Source: Acidobacteriota bacterium (GTDB lineage Bacteria; Acidobacteriota; Terriglobia; Bryobacterales; Bryobacteraceae). From it: a stretch of DNA of 62,377 bases. Within the stretch, counting starts at the first letter, position 1, and each line of letters opens with the position of its first letter. Where the stretch lies: positions 1 through 62,377 of the forward strand of contig JACOSH010000079.1 of NCBI GenBank assembly GCA_016178945.1, read 5' to 3'. The position numbers and the translations under genes were made by a program. Positions 51,411 to 59,549 of the stretch are shown here, one piece after another. The notes beneath the pieces were generated by a model. The model made no database searches. It was not told the origin of the DNA and worked only from the letters and a program-made list of their open reading frames with translations.

Positions 51411-51633
51411 CGAAGAGTTTCGCTCTCACTGGCATAAAGTTACGCACTCTGATCCGACGAGGCCGCAGGACCCGGTCACTAACGCTCGCATCGCTTGTCA
51501 TTTCCCCATGCGCGCCCATTGCGCCCGATGTCTGTCCCGCTCAAATCACAGCAGATGTTGGTGCTGTCCACGAGAACTTCGGGGCCAGACTCCGCAGCGC
51601 AACCTAACGAGTGTCGACGCAACTCCGTCCCGA

Positions 51634-52095
51634 TCAGGCCGAACTCGCGTCTTCCCCTACCGGTCGGATCTCTAAAACGCCAGCCTCCAGTAGTTTCGCA
51701 ACTATCAACACGCAGCTGCGGTAAACATGGTCCGGCGCGGTACCGTCGATCTCTGACAGAATCATTCCAATAGATCGTTGGCCGTCCAGCCTTGTCAGGA
51801 AGGTCCGCTCCACTGATGAAAGAGTCCAAATCTTCTCGACCTTCTCAGTGCCCGAATGTATGCGGTGAGCAACAAGCGTGCACTCCTGCCACATTACTTC
51901 GTGTTGGGCGGACCATGCGGGTGCCAACGGTTCAATCATCGCGCGATCATAAGTCAACATCTGATCGATGCGCATGAGATGGGCAGTCGAGAATCGGACG
52001 TGCGATGACTGGGTCGTCCGCAAGCGCAAGTATTTCAGAAATTGACGCCGATCCAGCGGTATTCGGTCGCGCATTAAGTCGCGCCCTCCCTTCAC
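51634..52095 (-). CDS. PqqD-family / RiPP-recognition-element-like protein (stand-alone)
   Basis: The C-terminal ~75 aa read KIWTLSSVERTFLTRLDGQRSIGMILSEIDG...VLIVAKLLEAGVLEI. This fits the PqqD winged-helix pattern (xLNxxxxxIWxLLDGxxTxxEI...L...G.L). The N-terminal ~50-70 aa are unassigned and an internal Met start is possible. Confidence 0.55.
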   Translation of the reverse strand: MKGGRDLMRDRIPLDRRQFLKYLRLRTTQSSHVRFSTAHLMRIDQMLTYDRAMIEPLAPAWSAQHEVMWQECTLVAHRIHSGTEKVEKIWTLSSVERTFLTRLDGQRSIGMILSEIDGTAPDHVYRSCVLIVAKLLEAGVLEIRPVGEDASSA

Positions 52096-52100
52096 GTAGA

Positions 52101-53588
52101 TTATGGCAGACGATAGAGCACGATGTTTCCATGCATCGTGGCGACTTCGTCCACGACCGATGTGTCACCCTGAAGCGGGGAGGGGTTAAACAGCCCCAGG
52201 TGATAGTGCGTTACGCCGGGAAGGGGTTGCGATAGATAGCTCGTCGAAACGGAATGGGTGCCAAATGCCTCCCAGATGTATGGCAGAGGACTAACCACCA
52301 CGGCGCTGGATGGAAGTTGCCTGGACCATCGCCGGATGGCTTCGTGCTCACGGTGCGCGCTGGCGTAGAGTGCGTTCAAAGATATCCAGATCTCGCTGCC
52401 ACAAGTTAGCGAATACAGGGAAAACACAAGGAGTAGGGCGGCCCCGAGCCGAGCGCGATAGCGGTGAGTCCTCAACTGCAAGATGGAAGCGCCCGCTACT
52501 GCCAACGCGGCTAAAGGAAACAGCAAGAAACGGCTCCCTCCCGGAGCCCGGTATTGGCCGACCGAGTACAGCGTGAGCAGGCTGAAGTGTACGACCAGCC
52601 AGAGAAGCAACGCCTGCCAAGTCGTACGGAAAGGCCCCGGAATCCAGGCGAGCCAGCAGAGCCCCACGATTGCCGGAAGGACAAACGGCCACGGTCCGAA
52701 CTCGGCAAGAAAAGCGAAGTTCGCACCGGCATTACCCACCGCGAAAGACAGAGAAAAGCGGGATTCCGGGCGCTGCGAAAGATAGAACCGGGCGAGCGTT
52801 GCGGCGCGGGGGACCAGATCAGCCAGCAACGGGAAGCCGGCCAGCAGGAGAATAACGATGGCTCGTCGGCTTTGCACGATCCTGGTGTTTCTCAACAAGA
52901 GCACGAGCGGAATACCCAATAGAACACCGTCCCAGCGTACGTTGACGGCGAAAAGCGCCGCCATGATCGCTACCAGTGCCCAGTCATTCGGGGATCGCGA
53001 TCTGATGGCCTCAGTGGCGGCCCAGAAGCAGAGGACAGCCAGCAAGACCGCAAGGGGTTCCGCCGAGTTTGAACGATGCCAGCCTCCGACTACGGGATGC
53101 AAGCCGTAGGCGGCCCCAGCAACGATACCTGCGGTAATCGAACCGGACAACCGGCAAGCGAACACCGCTACCAGAAGGACAGTCAACGCGCCGCAGCATT
53201 CGTTGAAAGTGGCCAGTCCACGTTCGGGGCCTAAGCAAGCCACGAGCGGGGCGGCGAGCGTTGGGAAACCGGCCGGCCATTTGTAGCGCTCTACATGTTT
53301 AACCTCGCTTGTGAAAGCCGTGGTGATCGAAGCGCCGTAGCCGAAAAGAACGTTGACGGCCATGTTTCCATAGGCATCTTCGTCGAACAATAGACGATGT
53401 TCTTGCGGATAACCATGGATTCGGCAGATCACCAAGCCCCACAGCAGGCTAAGGCCGAGCACCTTCAGGCACCAGCGCTCGCCTGGATTCCAGGAACGGA
53501 TTAGACGAATGCAGAGGACCGTTACCAAGGCCCAAATGATAAGAGCGGAGAGGATCACGCCAAACGAAATCAGGCCAAGCTTGATCAT
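52101..53588 (-). CDS. polytopic GT-C-fold-like membrane protein (ArnT/PMT_2-like glycosyltransferase candidate)
   Basis: About 495 aa from ATG 53588 (ATGA overlap with the upstream stop). It has many TM helices and an early-loop LLFDEDAYGNMAV resembling the DE..Y motif of GT-C enzymes. A ~100-aa C-terminal soluble domain follows. Confidence 0.45.
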   Translation of the reverse strand: MIKLGLISFGVILSALIIWALVTVLCIRLIRSWNPGERWCLKVLGLSLLWGLVICRIHGYPQEHRLLFDEDAYGNMAVNVLFGYGASITTAFTSEVKHVERYKWPAGFPTLAAPLVACLGPERGLATFNECCGALTVLLVAVFACRLSGSITAGIVAGAAYGLHPVVGGWHRSNSAEPLAVLLAVLCFWAATEAIRSRSPNDWALVAIMAALFAVNVRWDGVLLGIPLVLLLRNTRIVQSRRAIVILLLAGFPLLADLVPRAATLARFYLSQRPESRFSLSFAVGNAGANFAFLAEFGPWPFVLPAIVGLCWLAWIPGPFRTTWQALLLWLVVHFSLLTLYSVGQYRAPGGSRFLLFPLAALAVAGASILQLRTHRYRARLGAALLLVFSLYSLTCGSEIWISLNALYASAHREHEAIRRWSRQLPSSAVVVSPLPYIWEAFGTHSVSTSYLSQPLPGVTHYHLGLFNPSPLQGDTSVVDEVATMHGNIVLYRLP

Positions 53589-55327
53589 GCAAGCGGGTCC
53601 CGGGTCCCGCCGAAGAACTGCCGAAACCACACGGAGAGAGAGTAGATGCCCCACGCTAGATAGAGAAGTTCGGGGTCACGGGGGATTTTCGAACAGGCCG
53701 CGAACACTTGGCCGACCGCATCTGGACAGAGAATGCCGAAGTCGCAGAGACCGCTTCGCAAAACCGAAGCGCCACGGCGGGCCACAACGGTCGGGGAAAA
53801 ATGCTCATTGATGGAAATAGAATGTCCAAAGCCGCTCTTAGGCTCATCCACGGGAAACATCGGTGCGCGGCGCAGGAGTAGTGCCTTGAGCAGAGGTTTC
53901 CCGCCGTTCTGCCTGGGACCCAGACGGAGCGAAAGTGGCAGAGCCAGAACGAACTCGATCAGTTTCTTGGACAGAAAGGGGAAGTGCACGGCGCTGGCGC
54001 CATGCACGGCAGAAGTATACACGGACATGATCGAAGGGCGGGCAAAAAGGAGGTATTGAAACAGCAGAGCCGCAGCAGGATCGCCACCGGCCTCTCGCCC
54101 CGCTTGAACGAGTAGCGACTCGGTTGCCGTGGGCAGTACGCAGCGCAGGAACTCGGGCGTATAGAGAAAACGGCGGGCAAACCGGTTTACGGGGCGAAAC
54201 AGACTCGTGGCCAGGAAAGTGCTCCGCCTGGACGATCCGCGCCCATGCTCGCCACCCGATTCCCGGCAGAGTAGGCGACAGAGAACGTCATCGGCGAGGA
54301 AGATCCCATCCGCGCCGCTGCCGCTGACCAGATGTGGCGCCTGGCTGCCCACTCGTTCGCAGAACCAGTCCACGTACACTGCCGGGAAGGAAAATACCGG
54401 GGCGCGCCACCTGCGAGTAACCTTGGAAGGCTCAGCGGCCGCAGAGGGAAACGTCTCGGAGCGAAAGGGAACACCAAGCCACTTGGCACGCTCCCGTGCC
54501 TTTTCCAGTTCCTCGCGCGCCTCGCCACCGAGACTGTGCGCAACCACTCGGCCCGGCTCACAGCACTCTTGCAGCAGCGAGCCAAGCAAGGTGGAATCCA
54601 CACCGCCCGAAAACAAGAGGGCGAAATCGCAACCGCACGAAGCAATCTCCGACACACGATCCCGGAGAATGGCTTCCAGGAAATCCACTGCCGCCGGTTG
54701 GCTAAGTGTGAGTGGGGCCGGGCGCGGCGACCAGATACTGGTTCGCATTGTCGGCTTTAGGTTGTCGACTAGCAGGATGCTGTTCGGCGGAAGCTGGCGG
54801 ATTCCTCGAAATCCGGTCCAGGGAGCAGGGATGTGAAGCAAGCTGAAATAGGCGTGGATCGATTGAGCACAGGGGCGCGTGTCGCCGAAGCGTGCCAGCA
54901 GCGCCGTGAGACTGTCGGAAAAACAGAGAACGCCATCGCGCTCGAAGTAAAACATGGGGCGGCAACCGAAAGTGTCCGCCACTGCCCAAAAGCGGTTTCG
55001 CCGTCGATCGTAGCCTGCAGCGAGGAATTGCCCCTCCGGAAGTGAAAGGACGTTGTGACTATCGGAGTGATAGGCATGGTGAATTTCTCGGGCAGGTGAA
55101 TGTTTTTCTCCGTAGAGGAAGCCACGGACCGCAGTGAAGCCATCTTGGCTCTGATAAGTGGCACACTGCGGCAACCGTCTTTGGATGGCGAGGTAGCCAC
55201 AATCCCCCACCGCCCTCACCTCCCAATCTGGGGCGGTAGGCGGTGGGGGGAGTCTCTCACAGGAGCCTGGTGAGCGGAAACCAACTGCACCAAATAGTCC
55301 TTCCTCGGGCTCAGAGAATCCGTTCAT
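53585..55327 (-). CDS. asparagine synthetase B-family protein lacking the N-terminal Cys nucleophile (ATP-dependent amide-forming enzyme, lasso-cyclase-like)
   Basis: ATG 55327 (ATGA overlap). It starts MNGFSEP, not MCG. RFWAVADTFGCRPMFYF, the PP-loop ALLFSGGVDSTLL and SGSGADGIF are present. Confidence 0.7.
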   Translation of the reverse strand: MNGFSEPEEGLFGAVGFRSPGSCERLPPPPTAPDWEVRAVGDCGYLAIQRRLPQCATYQSQDGFTAVRGFLYGEKHSPAREIHHAYHSDSHNVLSLPEGQFLAAGYDRRRNRFWAVADTFGCRPMFYFERDGVLCFSDSLTALLARFGDTRPCAQSIHAYFSLLHIPAPWTGFRGIRQLPPNSILLVDNLKPTMRTSIWSPRPAPLTLSQPAAVDFLEAILRDRVSEIASCGCDFALLFSGGVDSTLLGSLLQECCEPGRVVAHSLGGEAREELEKARERAKWLGVPFRSETFPSAAAEPSKVTRRWRAPVFSFPAVYVDWFCERVGSQAPHLVSGSGADGIFLADDVLCRLLCRESGGEHGRGSSRRSTFLATSLFRPVNRFARRFLYTPEFLRCVLPTATESLLVQAGREAGGDPAAALLFQYLLFARPSIMSVYTSAVHGASAVHFPFLSKKLIEFVLALPLSLRLGPRQNGGKPLLKALLLRRAPMFPVDEPKSGFGHSISINEHFSPTVVARRGASVLRSGLCDFGILCPDAVGQVFAACSKIPRDPELLYLAWGIYSLSVWFRQFFGGTRDPLA

Positions 55328-56370
55328 ACACCGGTGGCCAGTTGAAGCTTCAAGCGATAAGACAAGCAACCACCAACGCACTCTCCGGAGCCTCGGAGTC
55401 CACATGACTGGCAGGCGTCGAACAGGTAACTGTGAGCCTGTGATCGAAAGTGGACAGCCAGTGACGCTGCCAGCGGATCTCTAGAAGGGTACCGGATCTC
55501 ATCCAAGGAAACGCGCTTTCCCGCCGACAGCGGCAGGCAGTGCGCCACGCTGAGATCAGGCCTAACGTCCAGGAGCGGATGGCAAACCGACTTAAACAAG
55601 ATGCCACAATCGGAGAGTTCTCCGAGACCCCGGCGGATCGCGGCCTCCGCCGTCTCGCCGTCACGCTGCTGCGCCGCGAACATACACGCCACGAAACCAC
55701 AGTCGCACAGGAGCTTGATTCCATGTTGCTTCAGGTCGATGCCCTGGCGTTTCAATGACTGGCCGATCGCATGGAACCGCTCTCGATCGGCAAAACGGCT
55801 TGCGTGATTCAGCATCGGATGGCTCAGGCTGATTCGGATGACTTTGTTCAGGTGGAATTCCCGAATCAGGTTCGCGTAAGGCAAGAGGTCGAGCCCGTCT
55901 CCACAGGCTGTCACCGACAGGGTGCAGGCGGACTCCATCCAGCGAAGATTCTCGCGGATGGCCTTGATCTCCGCAGTTGGCTGGCCTGGGCGCAGGTAGG
56001 CGTTGACCAGGAAGAACAGTCTGCGGCCTAGCGGGGAATAAAGAATGTCGCGAAGTTCTTCGCTGCGGGACCCGCCAAATACGCCATTCGTGTTCACGCC
56101 TACATCCACATCGAGCGCCAACGCTTCGCGAAGGAATTGAGCGATCAGCGGGTGCTGTGTGGGCTCTCCGCCGAGCAAGGAAATGCGCGGGGACCGCCAG
56201 ACTTCGATTGCGAGATGAAGCAGTTCTGCATAGCGCTCGGCCGTGAGGAAGCTTCGCTCGCTGGAACCCATAACCGGCAAGGTCCCGGAGGCCCTGATCT
56301 CTGGAACGCTCTGCTCGAAGCAGAAATCGCATTCGCGCCGGTTGCACCAGGTAGTGACGAGGATGTTCAT
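55324..56370 (-). CDS. radical SAM enzyme with non-canonical CX4CX2C motif and SPASM-like C-terminus
   Basis: It begins MNILVTTWCNRRECDFCFEQ; I verified the DNA as TGC AAC CGG CGC GAA TGC GAT TTC TGC. The SLLGGEPTQHP GGE motif is present. The C-terminal Cys clusters are CDCGFVAC, CHP...C and CQSCGLRGSGECVGGC. Confidence 0.7.
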   Translation of the reverse strand: MNILVTTWCNRRECDFCFEQSVPEIRASGTLPVMGSSERSFLTAERYAELLHLAIEVWRSPRISLLGGEPTQHPLIAQFLREALALDVDVGVNTNGVFGGSRSEELRDILYSPLGRRLFFLVNAYLRPGQPTAEIKAIRENLRWMESACTLSVTACGDGLDLLPYANLIREFHLNKVIRISLSHPMLNHASRFADRERFHAIGQSLKRQGIDLKQHGIKLLCDCGFVACMFAAQQRDGETAEAAIRRGLGELSDCGILFKSVCHPLLDVRPDLSVAHCLPLSAGKRVSLDEIRYPSRDPLAASLAVHFRSQAHSYLFDACQSCGLRGSGECVGGCLSYRLKLQLATGV

Positions 56371-58028
56371 TGTGCGACACCTGCCAGAGATTGCCCAATC
56401 GAACCCTCCAACCGGGCGGCTGCGTCAGAGTCATTCGTATCGAGCCAGATGCCGAGAAAGACGTTATGCCAAAACAAGTCAGCGGCCTCGCCGGATTCAC
56501 GTGCGGCGGGTGGATTGCTGGCGGTTGTCACCTTAAGGCCAGCGGCCCGGAGGCGCTCAAGCGCTCTTCCGGAGAACGGAGTGAGCAACTCGGCGAACCC
56601 GCGAAACCCGTGCCAGTTCTCGCCGAACCCTTCTTTCGGACGGCTCAAGATGGCTTCCGGAATATCACGCTGGAATGCCTGGCGCAAGACGTTCTTGGTG
56701 AAACCGTCGAAGGCACCCGGGGTGATAAGTGTGTCCCAGGGTAAAGCAAAGGCCGCTGCGACGACCACCGGATTCAGCAAGGGACAGCGGACATCTACAC
56801 CGAACGGAGCTCCCAACCGTGTTCCGGCCAAGAAGTAGGGAAAGCACGTTAACTCCTGCTCGACGGTGGCGTCAACCATGTCGTTAAGTTCTCCCGAGTG
56901 GGGCTCCTTCGGCAGGCAGGCGAGCGCTTGTTCAACCACTTCTTCAGGCGGTTCCCATCCAGTAACAGCCGCAACGTGCCCCAGACGCCAAGTCAGAAGT
57001 TCGCGCCTCAGCGCGGGAAGTTCGTGGCAGCCCTCCGTCTGGCGCTGAACGTATCGCCGTAGCATGAACATCTGGTGCCGGTAACCGAGGAAGAGTTCGT
57101 CACCGCCCTCGCCAAGCAGAATGCGGTCCGTCATGCCGACGGTCCGGCGGAGTAGCAAGTATAGGTAGAAAAGCGGGAGAACGCAGACCGGTTCTTGTAG
57201 AGCCAAGTGGAAATGGGGAAGCAGAGCGAACTCGCGCTCCTCGAAATCGAATGAAATCAGCTCCGATCGGCTGCTTCTGCATAATGTTGCTAGCCCCTGG
57301 TCCTCACCTGAGCCAATGCGTCTGAGCGTAACGGCGCGGACCGGCGGTCCATCTTTGGGCAGGGCCGCCGCCACCACCGCCGAGTCCAGGCCGCCGGACA
57401 GCGCGATGGCAGGACGTGAGGCGGACCGCAACTCTTCACGCACGGCGTGGAAAATACTTCCGCGAAGCGAGTCCTCGATCTGCTGCCAACGCTGCGTACG
57501 CCGAATCCCTTTAGGGATTCGTGTATGGCGCGCAACGCTAACACGATCTGCCCTGAGGAGGACGTGATTGCCCGGCGCCGGCTGCTGGATTTCCTTGTAG
57601 AGAGTGAGGGGCGGCACGACGAAGCGGAACAAATAGTACCGCAGAAGCCCCGCGGGGTCTATGTGGAACGAAACGGGAACTTGCTTGAGCAGTGTGTGCA
57701 GGCCGTTGGAGCAGTAGAGAGTCTCGCCGGAGACACAATAGAAAAGAGGGACGAAGCCGAAAGAGTCGCGAGCCAGGAAGATGCCAGCGCCGCGCCGATC
57801 GGCGACGACGCACGCCCAGGCTCCGTGCAACTCCGAGAAACTGGCGGCACCCGTGCGCAAATATCGGTCAAGTAGAGTCCTGGCGTCAGCCGCCCCGCAA
57901 GGCGTGCCCAGGAGCAAGACTTCGATGCCATGCTCGCTCGCAGTCGAGATCGCCGGATCAGCCTCATCGTGCCTGAGCAAACTCAGGCCGAGGGGGGTGC
58001 CGGCGGGAATCGTTACTGTGGCCAGCAC
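56367..58028 (-). CDS. second asparagine synthetase B-family protein lacking the N-terminal Cys nucleophile
   Basis: GTG start 58028 (MLATVTIPAG). GIFLARDSFGFVPLFYC and the PP-loop AIALSGGLDSAVV are present, and the synthetase domain is full length. Confidence 0.7.
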   Translation of the reverse strand: MLATVTIPAGTPLGLSLLRHDEADPAISTASEHGIEVLLLGTPCGAADARTLLDRYLRTGAASFSELHGAWACVVADRRGAGIFLARDSFGFVPLFYCVSGETLYCSNGLHTLLKQVPVSFHIDPAGLLRYYLFRFVVPPLTLYKEIQQPAPGNHVLLRADRVSVARHTRIPKGIRRTQRWQQIEDSLRGSIFHAVREELRSASRPAIALSGGLDSAVVAAALPKDGPPVRAVTLRRIGSGEDQGLATLCRSSRSELISFDFEEREFALLPHFHLALQEPVCVLPLFYLYLLLRRTVGMTDRILLGEGGDELFLGYRHQMFMLRRYVQRQTEGCHELPALRRELLTWRLGHVAAVTGWEPPEEVVEQALACLPKEPHSGELNDMVDATVEQELTCFPYFLAGTRLGAPFGVDVRCPLLNPVVVAAAFALPWDTLITPGAFDGFTKNVLRQAFQRDIPEAILSRPKEGFGENWHGFRGFAELLTPFSGRALERLRAAGLKVTTASNPPAARESGEAADLFWHNVFLGIWLDTNDSDAAARLEGSIGQSLAGVAQ

Positions 58029-58037
58029 GGGTCCACT

Positions 58038-59519
58038 TCAAGCCATCCGAATCTGTACCAACTTGGTGGAGGGCATTGGCGAGTCCTGTGGAATCCATCC
58101 AGTCGAGGGCTCCGTGACGTCGCCAAAACCGTAGAGGGAGAAGATCTGCGCGCGAGTCAGTTCCCGAATAACAAAGCAGCGATTCCGATTGACAGTATCT
58201 TTTGGGTCCCCGGTGGCAGAGAGTTTGGCCGCGCAATCGCCCGCGCAATGGTAGCGGGCGAAGCAGCCCTGGCAGGGCGCCTTTTCCGCCGCAGTCCATT
58301 GTGCGGCGGCTCGAATCGTATCCATATTCACCCCGAACCGGCCCGTGGCGGGATCTAAGGCCCCGATATCGAAGTGGTGAATGCGCGGATCGTCCTTGGC
58401 GAAGACTTCGTAACAGGAAGTAACGCGGCCATCCTGGGTCACATTGAAGGCTCCGGAAACCGCCTCGCAAAACCTGTTTGTGATCTGGTCAGCTCGTGCG
58501 CCGGCATACTTGAGACGGCGACCATGCTGCCTGGCGATCAAGCGCCCCTGCAGAAAGCCATCGACAAACATCGCCGGATCGACTTCGCGCTCGTCGGTTT
58601 CGATGGCCCGCCCTTCAGGGAAACTGGGCTCTAGCATGAGATCTGCTGTCTGCGAGACTTTGCAAAGATACTCAACGACCTCGGGAATCCGCCCGGCCGA
58701 TCGCCGCGTGATTGTACAGCGGATTCCATAAGAGACACCCAGTTCGTCAAGGATACGCAGCGAGCGCTCGACGATGCGGGAAGAGGAGTTTCTCTCGTCT
58801 TCCATCCCTTCGCCCTTAATGAGGCTATCCGCACGCTCGTGTCCCCCCGGTGAGGACAACGGCCTCTGCGCATCCTGGATATCGGGTGGACCGTCAAGAC
58901 TCACCGTGATGTTGCGCAGTTTGGGAGCCAGCCAGCGCAGACGCTTCTCAGCGATAATGCCGTTCATACCGGCTTCGAAGTCGCACGCAAGGTCCTCCTC
59001 CAAACAGCGGCGCTCGGCGTACTCGATGCATTTCGTCAGGATCGGCCAAGCGAGAGTGGGCTCCCCATCACCATGGAAGATGACCGTGATCTTCAATGAG
59101 TTCGTAGCGATTGCGTTGTCTATTACGAAGTCCAACGCCGCCTTGGCCGTTTCCCATGGCATCACCGAGTCGGTGTCGCCGCCGCGGGCGTAGCAGTACG
59201 AGCAGTGGAGATTACAGTTCCCGGTCAGAAACAGGGTCACCGTCGTGGGCTGGTACGCCCCACCAGTCGACTCGGCTACGCCCGGGGGAGCATCCGGCAG
59301 TTCCTCGAGCAGCCCCATCCGCTCCACGGCTTCCAGGAACGGCTTCTGCCTTAGCCCGGCATCCAGTCCGCCGTTCGCACCCGCGAGGGCACGGAGGATC
59401 TTCTCACCCGCAGAGTTCACGCTGAAGGCGAGCCGCCGGAGCGGCGCGTAAGCGATCTGTTCCGCAGACGTTCTGCCAGGAATAAAGAAAACGGGTGTCC
59501 GTAGCGCCGGCTGCATCAT
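58038..59519 (-). CDS. radical SAM/SPASM peptide-maturase-type enzyme with N-terminal RRE-like domain
   Basis: 493 aa with AGGAG 5 nt upstream of the start. The N-terminal ~90 aa (SVNSAGEKILRALAG...FLEAVERMGLLEE) are PqqD/RRE-like. FLTGNCNLHCSYCY (CX3CX2C), HGDGEPTL and the SPASM motif CQGCFARYHCAGDC are present. Confidence 0.8.
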   Translation of the reverse strand: MMQPALRTPVFFIPGRTSAEQIAYAPLRRLAFSVNSAGEKILRALAGANGGLDAGLRQKPFLEAVERMGLLEELPDAPPGVAESTGGAYQPTTVTLFLTGNCNLHCSYCYARGGDTDSVMPWETAKAALDFVIDNAIATNSLKITVIFHGDGEPTLAWPILTKCIEYAERRCLEEDLACDFEAGMNGIIAEKRLRWLAPKLRNITVSLDGPPDIQDAQRPLSSPGGHERADSLIKGEGMEDERNSSSRIVERSLRILDELGVSYGIRCTITRRSAGRIPEVVEYLCKVSQTADLMLEPSFPEGRAIETDEREVDPAMFVDGFLQGRLIARQHGRRLKYAGARADQITNRFCEAVSGAFNVTQDGRVTSCYEVFAKDDPRIHHFDIGALDPATGRFGVNMDTIRAAAQWTAAEKAPCQGCFARYHCAGDCAAKLSATGDPKDTVNRNRCFVIRELTRAQIFSLYGFGDVTEPSTGWIPQDSPMPSTKLVQIRMA

Positions 59520-59549
59520 CGTGCTCCTATCACCAAAGTTGTCGTGCTC

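Noticed and set aside
51411-51633. Non-coding gap between the M20 remnant and the PqqD-like gene, inspected for att sites, IS ends, a tRNA or a small precursor ORF
   Set aside because: No inverted or direct repeats, tRNA-like structure or plausible small ORF with an RBS was seen by eye. The 116-aa ORF 51479..51829 overlaps the PqqD-like gene out of frame and has no motifs.
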